From: Candidatus Uhrbacteria bacterium
GTDB lineage: Bacteria > Patescibacteriota > Patescibacteriia > JACPHY01
Direction: 5' to 3'
Assembly (NCBI GenBank): GCA_016188355.1
Contig: JACPHY010000011.1
Coordinates: forward strand, 23,219-87,218
DNA: 64,000 nucleotides
The position numbers were made by a program, and so were the translations under genes. The notes under the pieces are model-generated. The model searched no databases. It was not told where the DNA came from and saw only the letters and a list, made by a program, of their open reading frames with translations. Below, in pieces: positions 9,095 through 19,140 of the stretch (its first letter is position 1; each line of letters starts with the position of its first letter).

Positions 9095-11062
9095 TTACGG
9101 TGTGGGCGGCGGAGCCGCTGCATCGGGACTAGGTGCCGTGACTGGGGTCGGAATTCCCGCGTCATTGGGTGCGGAGGGAGGTGCGGATCCATCGGTCGGG
9201 GGAGTGGCATCGGGCGCTTTCCCTACGAGGCATACCGCCTGCCACGGGCGATAGTGGCTATTAAAGACGCGTTCCGTCTTTGTGCCGTCCGCGGCGGTCA
9301 CCGTGTACGTGAATCGTGCGTCGACGCCGGTATGCGCCTTCTCGGTGCATTTCTTTTCTCCGGGTTTGAGATCTTCGGTTTCGATGGTTTTCATGGGCGG
9401 AGGTTCTCGGAAATTGAATACCTCCGGCTCTGAAGAGGTGGCCGTACGGCCATCATTCGTTCCCCAGAATTCGTACTCGAGCGTGGTGCCGACGACGCGG
9501 GTGAGGAGGAGGAGATGGGCACCAGTATCATTCACGAATTTGAAGTCCGGTTTTGGTCCGTAGATGGTTGCATCCATCCCGACGGGTGGTTCGTAGTAGG
9601 AGACACGGTACGCATGATTCGACCGTTCGGTGACGGGGAGTCCGGCATTGAGAACGGTGCGGAAGAGGGTAGTGGAGACCTGGCAGAGTCCACCTCCGAA
9701 TTCCGGCGTGGTGCGATTTCCTTTGATGACGAGCTCGGGTTTGTAGCCGCGCGTGTCATCGAATGGAGAGAGTGCGCCCACGGTGGAGAATTCTTCTCCG
9801 GGAGCGATCAGGAGGCCATTGAGGAGGTCGGCACCGACGCGAATATTATGTTTGCGATTCACGGGACTCCCTTTGAAGCTCGTGCTGCCGAAACCGAGGC
9901 GTTCACGGATGCCGAGATCGTTCGTGTCACCGAGCGTGATGGTGGGTGCGGTGGTTTTTGTGGGGAGGGGAATGGTGGGTTCACCGTGCTCGAATAATGC
10001 GGCGGTGATGCGGTGGGTGAGCTCATCCCGGTCAATGGCGAGTCCCTCACGGGGAGACTGGAATTCTCGAACGCGTCGGGTCGTGGGATCAATGGCGAGG
10101 CGTGCGTTTTCTGCGGGGCGCTCGATCGCACTTGTAATGGGTGCGAGGAAGCGATCGAGCGCTTCCATCTGGAATGCGGGTTGTGGTTGCGGCGACACAA
10201 GCACGCTGAGCCAGCTCGCCACCGTTTCACTCTCCGCGGTCCACTGTTGCTTCTCATGGGTGAAGGTGAGCGGGGCGCGGGCGAGCGCGGCATTGAGTTG
10301 CGGCAGGATGCGCTCGATGTCGTTTGCGGTAATCGTGGGTTCTTGGGTGCGAGTGGTGAGTACGATGGGTTGGGTACTCAGGGTGACCATGCGGCGCGTG
10401 GTGATGGCGGGTACATCGGTCACGAGTTGGTATCCCGAGCGACCCGGAATGACGCGCCAGGTTGCGGTCCCATCCATGGCGGTGCGCACGAGGCGAGGAT
10501 TTTGGGGTGGCGCAAGTTCCTGCGCGAAATTCTCATGAATCGTTTTGTTTAGCTGCACTGCATCCACATGAGCGGTCATGGGCACGGTTCGGTTGCGACC
10601 AAAAATACCACGGATGCGCGCGGTCCATTGAGGGACGAGGTGCGTCTCCCGCCCGACGGCAAATGCGTCATCGACGAGCTCAGGAACATCGACATCAACC
10701 AGCGTATAGGAGAGGTCGGGGTCGTTGGGAGCGGAGATGGTGGGATTGATCGTGATGGATCGACCGTTGAGGGTGTAGGTAAATCCTGCAGCGAGTCGCG
10801 TGTCTACGACTTGCCGCATGCGCGCGATGGCGGCGTCCCGCGAGAGGCCGCTCACATCTACTGGACCAATGTGCACGCCCGAGAAGATGCGATCTCGGTA
10901 CGCGCGATCATACACAATAGCGCCTACTCCCATCGCGCAGATGAGGAAGAGCACGAGCGCGGCGGCTATGGACCAGCCGAGGGTGGATGCGATGCGGAAG
11001 CGGGACCAATCGACGGACATACCTTCAGATGGCACATCGTTATTCCGTGCTGAGAAGTTCAT
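9095..11062 (-). CDS. VanW-family protein with peptidoglycan-binding-type domains
   Basis: N-terminal TM helix; NRKHNI, PGEEFS, GGGLCQVSTTLFR, ERSNH, GMDAT, DFKFVNDT. Confidence 0.9.
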   Translation of the reverse strand: MNFSARNNDVPSEGMSVDWSRFRIASTLGWSIAAALVLFLICAMGVGAIVYDRAYRDRIFSGVHIGPVDVSGLSRDAAIARMRQVVDTRLAAGFTYTLNGRSITINPTISAPNDPDLSYTLVDVDVPELVDDAFAVGRETHLVPQWTARIRGIFGRNRTVPMTAHVDAVQLNKTIHENFAQELAPPQNPRLVRTAMDGTATWRVIPGRSGYQLVTDVPAITTRRMVTLSTQPIVLTTRTQEPTITANDIERILPQLNAALARAPLTFTHEKQQWTAESETVASWLSVLVSPQPQPAFQMEALDRFLAPITSAIERPAENARLAIDPTTRRVREFQSPREGLAIDRDELTHRITAALFEHGEPTIPLPTKTTAPTITLGDTNDLGIRERLGFGSTSFKGSPVNRKHNIRVGADLLNGLLIAPGEEFSTVGALSPFDDTRGYKPELVIKGNRTTPEFGGGLCQVSTTLFRTVLNAGLPVTERSNHAYRVSYYEPPVGMDATIYGPKPDFKFVNDTGAHLLLLTRVVGTTLEYEFWGTNDGRTATSSEPEVFNFREPPPMKTIETEDLKPGEKKCTEKAHTGVDARFTYTVTAADGTKTERVFNSHYRPWQAVCLVGKAPDATPPTDGSAPPSAPNDAGIPTPVTAPSPDAAAPPPTP

Positions 11063-11243
11063 TCAGGATTGCGCGTGCCTGCGTGTTCGGCGCGGCGGAG
11101 TCCGATGCAAAATGCGCGAAAAGAACATCGCCCAGGTGGAGGGGGGACGGGAGTTCATTCGTCGGTACACGAATCAATTCTCCGTGCTCGGTTCGGAGCG
11201 CGGCAGTATGTTCGGGATCGAGTTGTTCGACGGTGCAGCGCAT
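11040..11243 (-). CDS. Small protein, DUF3006-like
   Basis: 67 aa; ...IRVPTNELP..LHLGDVL pattern; sits between hsp20 and vanW. Confidence 0.55.
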   Translation of the reverse strand: MRCTVEQLDPEHTAALRTEHGELIRVPTNELPSPLHLGDVLFAHFASDSAAPNTQARAILNELLSTE

Positions 11244-11249
11244 GGGGGA

Positions 11250-11729
11250 TTATCCAAGTATGGTGGTGCTGTCCGCTGGTGTGGCGTCCGTAATGGTGAT
11301 CACTGTTTGTTCGACTAGCTTCGGGAGACGAATTGTGAGAATGCCGTACGAGAGGTCCGCGGTCGCGTGTGGAACGTCCACGGGTTCGGGGAGGAGCATG
11401 GATCGAGAGAATCGTCCCCAGTAGCATTCACGGGTGAGATACGATGCGTCCGCGTCCGGCGTGTTCGGCCGGCGTTCGCCGCGAATGGTGAGGAGGTCGC
11501 GATGGATGGCGATGGAGAGATCGTTTGGTCGTACGCCGCCCATGGCCGTTTGGATCACGAACGCCTCCGTGGTCTCGTATACGTCTACCGCGAGCTCGCC
11601 TTCACTGGCCTCCTCGAACCATTGTGCCGGTTCCTGGACAGGAATGGTGAGTGACTCCGGATTGAGCACGGTGGCGGGGAAAGACGGGAATGTGAATGGT
11701 GAAGTCCCCATAGTACCGTATGCCGGCAT
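11250..11729 (-). CDS. Hsp20/alpha-crystallin small heat shock protein
   Basis: VDVYET, LTIRGER, ECYWGRFSRSMLLP, GILTIRLPK. Confidence 0.93.
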   Translation of the reverse strand: MPAYGTMGTSPFTFPSFPATVLNPESLTIPVQEPAQWFEEASEGELAVDVYETTEAFVIQTAMGGVRPNDLSIAIHRDLLTIRGERRPNTPDADASYLTRECYWGRFSRSMLLPEPVDVPHATADLSYGILTIRLPKLVEQTVITITDATPADSTTILG

Positions 11730-11927
11730 GCCCGGCCGATGGGAATCGGCGTCCGTCGGGCACCATCATCCTACTTGTTCATAGTACCGGTTTTTGGGCA
11801 ACCGCGAAATCGGAGGCCATTTCGCTCGCCGGTCATGGCGTTGACGAGCGTGGGCGGAGCGCGTATGGTGGTGACGGTTCTTTTGTTTTTCCAATCCGGA
11901 ACGGTAATCGGCGTCGGAGGATGAGTA

Positions 11928-14297
11928 ATGCACATGGAATTGGGACTGCGACAGGTGCTTCGCCAGGAGATTCGGCTCGAGCAGTCGCTCCAGCTTTCGC
12001 TCCGCATGATCGAGCAGTTGGCGACCGATACGGAACGCGAAATCCAGGCGGAGGGGCGGCTCCTGGATGCGATGCTCCGCGATTGCGATCGTGGAACGTA
12101 TGCCTCGGTCGAGGACTTCGTGGACCGCGTGGGGAAGCGGGTGCGCAAGAAGGATCGTACCGATCGGACGCGGTGCCTCGTGGCACAGATCCGTCAGGCC
12201 GTGGCATTGCTCGCGTGTCCCGATCTCGCAGCGGTGCGTGAGCTCGTGCAGTACGGGCGTGACGGAGTGCATTGCTGGATGATGGATCCGATCGTGTGCT
12301 ACGCGCAGCTCCTCACGGTATGGGAGAGTGCGTCGTGCGCCACCATTGATCTGCGTCGCGTGAGTCTCGATGTTCTCTGTGGGCAGCAGCGGAATGCGCA
12401 AGGATCGCCCGCGGTACTTGATTTCCTGGTGGACTGCACAGCGGATGCGCGCTGCACCGCATCGCTCTTCACGATGATCAGTGCGGCGCTGCACCGGTCC
12501 GCGCCGCGTGTGGTGACCGCGTATGCGCACCATCTCCTTGCGGTGTTGCCGGTGGGATCGTGCACGGAGTTGCAGTGCGCGAACGCACTCGAGCTTCTCG
12601 CCGCGTACGATCACTACCTCGGACACGGTGGCGTGCGCGGCTGGCCCACCGATGCATTGCGTGCGTATGTTGCGGGCTGTCCTGATGCCGAAGCGACATC
12701 CGCCACGTCATCCATTCCGCCGCTCGTCCGCGCGCTGTTGCCCTCGGGGACATCCGATGCGGTGATGGAGCGGCTCGCGGCGCGGTTCGGGGAGCCGGCG
12801 CTGCGTGACGCGACGGATGCGGTGCGACATGTGCTCCGCGCGCTACAGTGGCTGCGCGGTGTGCCGATGGGAGGCAAGTATCTCGCGCACGCGGTCATGG
12901 TGACGGAGCATGCGAAGGCATTCCTCCGGGTGATCCAGGCGATCAACTGGGCAGCGTGGTCGAGTGGACGCGGAGAGGAGTGCACCTATCCGCTCGATGC
13001 GCGTACGGCGGAGGAGGTAGTGCTGCGCTTGCGGAATCACCAGCTCGACGTGACGCTTGGACAGCTTCCCCTTCGACCGGAGTATCGTGAGCGGTTCACG
13101 GATGCTGCAATGCAGATGCCGCCGAAGGTGCTCGAGATCGTGCTCCGGTTGACGAGTGTCTACTCGACACACGCGAAGGATGCGTTGCCAGTCCTCGCAC
13201 GGATCGTCGAAGCGATCATGGATGGCGAATTTTCTGCGTGGCGGTATGCACATGACGCGGCATCGGTGCAGCTCAAGGCGATCAAGGCGCATCCGGAATG
13301 GCAGCAGCGCACGATCGCGTACCGGATGCTCGGGGACGCTGAACGGTGCACCGAAACGCTTCGTGCGGTGGCGCTCCTGCAGCCGGTTGCGGCCGCGGCG
13401 TTTGTGCGTGAGTATCACACCGTGTGGAGTCCTGATCTCGGGAGTAAGCTCGAGGAGCAGATTCTTGCCATCGAGGAGCAGTTTCGCGACGGGAGAGGGT
13501 CGTCGGGGGACCGCCGTGCGCTCGCGGAGCAGGCGAAACGCCTCCGCACGATGTATCGGGCGGCGCGGTGTATCGAGCTTTTCGTGTTGGAGCCCGCGAC
13601 GATTGACCACGCACGATCAGTGTGGCGTGAGTTCCTCGGGCAGCCATGGGCTGTGCCGTTCCACGACTGCTGCGCGCAAGCGATTGCGATCCTCGATCAG
13701 CCGGAACTCCGCGCGATGCAATGTGTGACGGTGACGGAGACCGATGATCTCCTCGATCTCCTGCAGGTGGGAGTGATGCCGACGCTCACCTGCCAGCGGT
13801 GGACCGAGCACACGTCGTACAACCACTGCCTGCTCGCGTACGTTGCGGATCCAAACAAGAAGCTCTGGCAGCTCACCTCGCGGAATGGTGAGGTGATCGG
13901 TCGCGTGGTGGTACGGTTGCTCCCCTTCAAACGGAGCGCGCTGCTCCTCATGGAGCCTCCGTACAGTATGCGTTGGTCGGACGACCATACCCGCGTGCTG
14001 CTCGGGGAGGTGCTCCGGAAAGCCGCACGATTGGCGAAAGCGGTAGGCAAGCCGATCGCGGTGGGTTATGTTGGTGTGCGTCGGTGGGGAGAGTGGGGGA
14101 AGATGTTCGAGGAGCTGGCGAAGGGAGTTGAGGTGAAGCCGGTCACCGCGAACTTCCAGCCGAAGCTCCCGGAGAGCTTCAACATTGCGGAGTACTCGGA
14201 TTCGCTGGGCGGATGTCTCCCGCGTGGACACGTGTTGCCGCACGTCGCGCGGCTGACCTATCTCCTGGTGAGTCCGGAGAGGGAGGCGGTGGAGTAG
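11928..14297 (+). CDS. Large hypothetical protein (789 aa)
   Basis: GGAGGA RBS, long ORF, terminator downstream; no confident family. Confidence 0.75.
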   Translation: MHMELGLRQVLRQEIRLEQSLQLSLRMIEQLATDTEREIQAEGRLLDAMLRDCDRGTYASVEDFVDRVGKRVRKKDRTDRTRCLVAQIRQAVALLACPDLAAVRELVQYGRDGVHCWMMDPIVCYAQLLTVWESASCATIDLRRVSLDVLCGQQRNAQGSPAVLDFLVDCTADARCTASLFTMISAALHRSAPRVVTAYAHHLLAVLPVGSCTELQCANALELLAAYDHYLGHGGVRGWPTDALRAYVAGCPDAEATSATSSIPPLVRALLPSGTSDAVMERLAARFGEPALRDATDAVRHVLRALQWLRGVPMGGKYLAHAVMVTEHAKAFLRVIQAINWAAWSSGRGEECTYPLDARTAEEVVLRLRNHQLDVTLGQLPLRPEYRERFTDAAMQMPPKVLEIVLRLTSVYSTHAKDALPVLARIVEAIMDGEFSAWRYAHDAASVQLKAIKAHPEWQQRTIAYRMLGDAERCTETLRAVALLQPVAAAAFVREYHTVWSPDLGSKLEEQILAIEEQFRDGRGSSGDRRALAEQAKRLRTMYRAARCIELFVLEPATIDHARSVWREFLGQPWAVPFHDCCAQAIAILDQPELRAMQCVTVTETDDLLDLLQVGVMPTLTCQRWTEHTSYNHCLLAYVADPNKKLWQLTSRNGEVIGRVVVRLLPFKRSALLLMEPPYSMRWSDDHTRVLLGEVLRKAARLAKAVGKPIAVGYVGVRRWGEWGKMFEELAKGVEVKPVTANFQPKLPESFNIAEYSDSLGGCLPRGHVLPHVARLTYLLVSPEREAVE

Positions 14298-14310
14298 CGG
14301 CGTTGCTGCT

Positions 14311-14338
14311 GGCGGGCCTTTGCGGGCCCGCCTTTTTT
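14311..14338 (+). terminator. Intrinsic terminator
   Basis: GGCGGGCC-TTTGCG-GGCCCGCC-TTTTTT. Confidence 0.7.
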
Positions 14339-14410
14339 GTTGTGGCGATCAGCCGTTGTCCCAAACAAATGAGATTCCTCGCGCGAGGAATCTCATTTGG
14401 TATTGCTTGT

Positions 14411-14534
14411 GGACTCCATCCGAACCCGAGCGCAGCGACCGGAGTATGTGGGGAAGAAGGACTTGCCCCGCGAAGCTCCGCAAGGAGCGAAGTGGGGGCT
14501 TTGCCCGACCCCACATACGGAGGGAGCAAGCGAC
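14411..14534 (-). repeat. tRNA-adjacent modular repeat (copy 1, with nested hairpin insert)
   Basis: Reverse complement matches 38593-38679, plus a ~36-bp insert matching 37068-37104. Confidence 0.8.
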
Positions 14535-14587
14535 TTGGTTGGAGGGAAGGGGGTACGGGAGGGAAACCGGGAGGTTTCCCCACGATC

Positions 14588-14665
14588 TGGTAGCCCCAAC
14601 GGGATTTGAACCCGTGTCCCCGCCTTGAAGGGGCGGTGTCCTAGACCAGGCTAGACGATGGGGCC
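14588..14665 (-). tRNA. tRNA-Glu (TTC)
   Basis: GGCCCCATCGTCTAG...CCGCC-CCTTCAA-GGCGG...GGTTCAAATCC...GGGGCTACCA. Confidence 0.95.
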
Positions 14666-14843
14666 AAGACAAACATGGGGGAGAACCCTTGATGCGCAGA
14701 AGGGTTCTCCCCCATGGGCCCCCTCTCCATTGGAGCTTCGGTTCGCGGAGTGAATCCGTCGAACCTCAGCGGTCATTTTGTATTCGGCACAATGCGGCCA
14801 CACTGCCTTTCGGCGGCATGGGGTGATGGTAGCATGGATTGGT

Positions 14844-16043
14844 ATGCTACGGAAGCGTGTGCTCCAGGTGCTCGGAATTGAGTCATCATGTGACGAAACT
14901 GCCGCAGCGGTAGTGGCGGTCCAGCGTGCGGACGTTGGCCGATCGTTGCAGTTCGGATTTTCGGTGTCGGCGAGCGTTATTGCCTCGCAGGTGGCGATGC
15001 ATGCGAAAACGGGCGGGGTAGTGCCCGAAGTTGCTGCTCGGGAGCATGTCCTGCAGATTATCCCGGTCATTGAGCGTGCGTTGCGCGATGCGTATCCATC
15101 CTGGCGTCCGCCGAAGCACCACGGCAAGCGAACGAAGAGTGCGCGAATGTTCGCGGGACCGCCGATCGATGCGATCGCCGTGACGGCGGGACCAGGACTC
15201 ATTACCGCACTCGGGGTTGGAGTGGAAACAGCACGTGCATTGACGTATGTCTGGCGGAAGCCATTGATTGCAGTGAATCATATCGAGGGGCACGTACTTT
15301 CTGCGCTCCTTGAGCAAGCGGCAAGCGGCAAGCGGCAAGCTTCAAGTCATGCAGGTCCGGAGAATCGGTCGGCTTCGTCTGAGCCTGCGGCTCGCAGCTT
15401 GTCGCTGGTTTTCCCTGCTGTCGCTCTCATTGTGTCGGGTGGCCACACCGAACTCCTGCTCCTGCGGCGGTGGGGTGCGTACCGGTGCGTTGGTGCGACG
15501 CGGGACGATGCGGCGGGGGAGGCATTTGATAAGGTCGCAAAGCTCCTTGGGTTGGAATATCCGGGTGGACCAGCGGTTGCGCGACGTGCGGTGGAAGGTG
15601 ATGTGCAGGCGATTGATTTTCCGCGCGGCATGATTGCTTCGGGGGATTTTGATTTCAGTTTTTCGGGGATGAAAACCGCGGTGCGCATGTGCGTGGAGCG
15701 CGCAACGCATCCCGCTGATCCGAAATTCGTTTCGGATGTATGCGCGTCGTTTCAGCAGGCGGCGGTCGATGTGCTGGTTGCCAAAACAATCACTGCGGTG
15801 ACGAAGTATCGCGCGCGCACCGTATTGCTAGGTGGTGGTGTTGCCGCGAATCGTGCATTGCGCGAGCAGTTGGCTACTGCATTGGCCCTGCATCCGGACG
15901 TTGCGCTGCACCTGCCGCCACTGGCATACTCCGGTGATAATGCTGCCATGATTGCCGCAGCGGGTGGCGTGCGTCTGCATCTCGGCAAGCGCACACCATG
16001 GCAGGAGATTGCCGTGGATCCGAATTGGGAGTTGGGAAGATAG
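14844..16043 (+). CDS. tsaD: tRNA threonylcarbamoyltransferase TsaD
   Basis: LGIESSCDET, GGVVPEVAAREH, VNHIEGH, SGGHT, DDAAGEAFDK, FSFSG, DNAAMI. Confidence 0.97.
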   Translation: MLRKRVLQVLGIESSCDETAAAVVAVQRADVGRSLQFGFSVSASVIASQVAMHAKTGGVVPEVAAREHVLQIIPVIERALRDAYPSWRPPKHHGKRTKSARMFAGPPIDAIAVTAGPGLITALGVGVETARALTYVWRKPLIAVNHIEGHVLSALLEQAASGKRQASSHAGPENRSASSEPAARSLSLVFPAVALIVSGGHTELLLLRRWGAYRCVGATRDDAAGEAFDKVAKLLGLEYPGGPAVARRAVEGDVQAIDFPRGMIASGDFDFSFSGMKTAVRMCVERATHPADPKFVSDVCASFQQAAVDVLVAKTITAVTKYRARTVLLGGGVAANRALREQLATALALHPDVALHLPPLAYSGDNAAMIAAAGGVRLHLGKRTPWQEIAVDPNWELGR

Positions 16044-16046
16044 AAG

Positions 16047-16078
16047 AATCACCGCATCCGTGGGGATGCGGTGATTGG
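16047..16078. terminator. Hairpin between convergent genes
   Basis: AATCACCGCATCC-GTGG-GGATGCGGTGATT. Confidence 0.55.
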
Positions 16079-16080
16079 GG

Positions 16081-16677
16081 CTATCGTCGTTTGCGCTTGT
16101 TCGTCCTAATGCAGCTGGCCATGCGACCGTAGAGCACTCGTGCGGCGTGTGCAGCAATGTTTGCTCCGCCGATGATGTGATGGTTCTCGTTGAGCGTTTC
16201 CGGGAGGTATTCTGCACCGATCGTTTCCCGGAGTGATCCGTAGCGCGCGGTATCCTTGCAGAAGAGATGGATATCGAGCCGCCATGGTTTTCGGTACATG
16301 CCCTGGACTGCAAGGTGGCCGTGCGCGCGCGTCTCCTTATCGTCTTCGTCCGCAATGACGAGCCGCATCTCGAATCGCGCGGTGGGCCGCGGTGCATCGG
16401 TGAGTTGGAGGCTCAGGCGCAGTGTTTGGACCCCCGTCCCGTAATAATGATCGAAAAAGAGGAGGTCGTGCGGGCGGTCGTAACTGCGGCCTGACCAGTC
16501 GATACCGTTCGGCGTGTACCTCGGTATGAGCTTATATTGTTGTGCGAGGAGTTCCGCGCATTCCCAGTTGCGTCGTTGCGCCCAGGCGAGCGCCCGTGGA
16601 GTCTGCGCGTGGATGATGCGTGCCGCAGTAGGGAGATTGTTCGTGATCTCCTGAATCGCGTGGAACCAGCTGATCAT
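16081..16677 (-). CDS. Hypothetical protein
   Basis: AGGAG upstream of MISWFHAIQE; fills the gap between tsaD and alr. Confidence 0.6.
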   Translation of the reverse strand: MISWFHAIQEITNNLPTAARIIHAQTPRALAWAQRRNWECAELLAQQYKLIPRYTPNGIDWSGRSYDRPHDLLFFDHYYGTGVQTLRLSLQLTDAPRPTARFEMRLVIADEDDKETRAHGHLAVQGMYRKPWRLDIHLFCKDTARYGSLRETIGAEYLPETLNENHHIIGGANIAAHAARVLYGRMASCIRTNKRKRR

Positions 16678-16747
16678 GTGATGGGTTCTCCTGTGTGCAT
16701 GGGAAGGAGCTCGAGCGAACACGCTACGATAGCAGATGATGATGTGT

Positions 16748-17947
16748 ATGTCCATTACGTCCACTGGTACGCGAAGTTGGGTAGAGGTATCTGCGCGCGC
16801 GTTGCGGCATAATGTGGCTGCGCTACGAGCCATGATCGGCAGCGAGCGCGTACTTTGTGTGGTGGTGAAGGCGAATGCGTATGGGCACGGGATGATCGAG
16901 GTGGCGCGTGTGATCAGCGAGGAGCGGGCGTTTTCTGGTCGGGGACCTGTCCCGCGAAGCGTCGATGCCGATCGACGCGAAGTGGGATGGTTCGGGGTGG
17001 ATAGTCTTCCCGAGGCGCTCGCGATTCGCGCGGTGGGCATTGAGACACCGATGATCATTTTAGGATATGTGCCGATCACGGATGCGCGCGCTGCGGTGCG
17101 TGCGCGGGTGCGGGTTACCGTTGCGGAACCGGCAACGATGCGCGCGTTGTCCGCGGTGGCGGGTCGGCGTGTAGTGCGGGTGCATGTGAAACTCGAGACG
17201 GGAACGCAACGTCAGGGTGTTGCTCCGGAGGCGCTGCCGGCATTTCTGCGGATCGTGCGTCGACTGCCCGGCATATGGGTAGAGGGCGTATCGACGCATC
17301 TCGCCGATGTCGAGGATACCGGTCCGGATGGATTCGCTGCCGTGCAGCTTGCGGCGTTTGATCGTGCGGCCGCGATCGCGGAGCAGATGTGCGGGCGTCG
17401 ATTGCTGCGACATGCGTCTGCGACTGCGGCAACGATGTTACTTGCGGAGGGACGGCATGATTTCGTGCGACCGGGCATCGGTTGTTATGGTCTTTGGCCA
17501 TCTGATCGGACACGTGCCGTGATGGAGCGCCGCGATCCTTCGGCGCGTCTGTTCCCGGTACTCAAATGGAAAACGATGGTGGGTCCTCTGCATGAGGTGC
17601 CCACGGGGGCACCGATCGGCTACGGATGCACGGAACGTGTATCACGACGCACGCGGATCGCGGTACTTCCCGTGGGTTATTGGGATGGGTATGATCGGAA
17701 GCTCTCGAGTACCGGGGAAGTCCTCATCCGTGGTCGTCGGTGCAAGGTGCTCGGCCGCATTTGCATGAATATGTGCATGGTTGATGTGACCGACGTGCCG
17801 CGCGTGCGACTGGAGGATGAGGTGGTGCTCCTTGGGAAGCAGGGTCGTGCGGAGGTCACCGCGGAGGAGCTGGCGGGAAAGGTTGGCACGATCAATTACG
17901 AGGTGGTGACTCGGATCAATCCGTTGTTGCCGCGGCGAGTGGTATGA
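16748..17947 (+). CDS. alr: Alanine racemase
   Basis: VVKANAYGHG, HVKLETG, VRPGI, PVGYWDG, GRICMN, GTINYE. Confidence 0.97.
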   Translation: MSITSTGTRSWVEVSARALRHNVAALRAMIGSERVLCVVVKANAYGHGMIEVARVISEERAFSGRGPVPRSVDADRREVGWFGVDSLPEALAIRAVGIETPMIILGYVPITDARAAVRARVRVTVAEPATMRALSAVAGRRVVRVHVKLETGTQRQGVAPEALPAFLRIVRRLPGIWVEGVSTHLADVEDTGPDGFAAVQLAAFDRAAAIAEQMCGRRLLRHASATAATMLLAEGRHDFVRPGIGCYGLWPSDRTRAVMERRDPSARLFPVLKWKTMVGPLHEVPTGAPIGYGCTERVSRRTRIAVLPVGYWDGYDRKLSSTGEVLIRGRRCKVLGRICMNMCMVDVTDVPRVRLEDEVVLLGKQGRAEVTAEELAGKVGTINYEVVTRINPLLPRRVV

Positions 17948-18393
17948 GGAAAAGCGACAAGCGTGAAGAGTGGGCGAGTCGTTCTGAGGGGGAAACGACG
18001 CGCATAGCCACGCGCATGGCGCGTACCCTGCGTGGCGGCGAGGCAATCCTCTTGGATGGGGAATTGGGGGCGGGGAAGTCGGTGTTCGTGCGCGGCCTCG
18101 CGCAGGGATTGGGGATTCGTGCGCGCGTGACGAGTCCTACGTTTGTGCTGATGCGAGTCTACGAAACGACGCGCACATGCCCGCGTTTTTTGGTGCATGT
18201 GGATGCGTATCGGGTTCGGAATGCTGAGGAGTTGGTGGCTATTGGGCTGATGGAGTGGACTGGAAGACCGGACTCGGTGGTGGCGATCGAGTGGGGCGAG
18301 CGAGTCGCGGAGATTGCGCACGCGGCGACCAGAATCATTCGTGTGCGTTTGACGAATGTCGATGCCGCGCAGCGCATGATCACGCTTGATTGA
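17944..18393 (+). CDS. tsaE: tRNA threonylcarbamoyladenosine biosynthesis ATPase TsaE
   Basis: GELGAGKS, VTSPTF, HVDAYR, IEWGE; ATGA overlap with alr. Confidence 0.95.
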   Translation: MRKSDKREEWASRSEGETTRIATRMARTLRGGEAILLDGELGAGKSVFVRGLAQGLGIRARVTSPTFVLMRVYETTRTCPRFLVHVDAYRVRNAEELVAIGLMEWTGRPDSVVAIEWGERVAEIAHAATRIIRVRLTNVDAAQRMITLD

Positions 18394-18446
18394 GATGCGC
18401 TCCTATCGATAACAAAAAGCGACGTCCGGGAAGGGACGTCGATCAT

Positions 18447-19082
18447 TTATGATGCGTGGGATTGTCGTATTGCGGCGGCGAAGGGAATGGCACCGTCGAG
18501 TTCCACGATACGGATGGCGCCCGGTGTTCGCGGTGGGTCGCATATCGTGCAGTACTCGGTGCACGTGACCATTCCTGGGAGGGTGATGCCCTGCGCGGGA
18601 TCATGTCGTTCGCGTGCGCCGCAGTTCGAGCAGTACGTGCGTGTTTGCTGTGGGGAGGCGCAGAACGTGCAGCATCCACGTCGTTCCGCAAGTCCGCCGC
18701 TCGGTCGTTGGCAGATGATGCAGTGTCCGGGCATTCGCGGCGCAATGTTATGACGCTGCGCGGCGGCGAGGTGTTCGAGTACGGGGATCGTCCGCCCACG
18801 CATGCAGCGCATGGCATACGCCACACCTGTTTTGCGATCGGTGGAGTTCGGAGTGCACTCGATGCATCCTTCAAGACGAACTGCGGTGCCCAGCTCTGGG
18901 GGACTGTGCATCAGCATCTCGGCGAGATAAAAAACTCCCTCTGCAGCGTTCAGGCGTTTTCGATGGCCACATCGCACGCAGAGGACTCGTACCTCGAGCG
19001 GATGCACGCACCACTCGCAGAGAAAATTCGCTGCACGGCCCGGCGGACCGAGCACATGACAGACGGAGCATTTGCCTTCCAA
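18447..19082 (-). CDS. Cys-rich multi-zinc-ribbon hypothetical protein
   Basis: AGGAGG upstream; eight CxxC pairs in two similar halves. Confidence 0.6.
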   Translation of the reverse strand: MEGKCSVCHVLGPPGRAANFLCEWCVHPLEVRVLCVRCGHRKRLNAAEGVFYLAEMLMHSPPELGTAVRLEGCIECTPNSTDRKTGVAYAMRCMRGRTIPVLEHLAAAQRHNIAPRMPGHCIICQRPSGGLAERRGCCTFCASPQQTRTYCSNCGARERHDPAQGITLPGMVTCTEYCTICDPPRTPGAIRIVELDGAIPFAAAIRQSHAS

Positions 19083-19140
19083 GACAGCTCACCTCCTTTG
19101 GGAAGGAATGTGTTTATGATGGAGCGATGCGGACGTGGTG

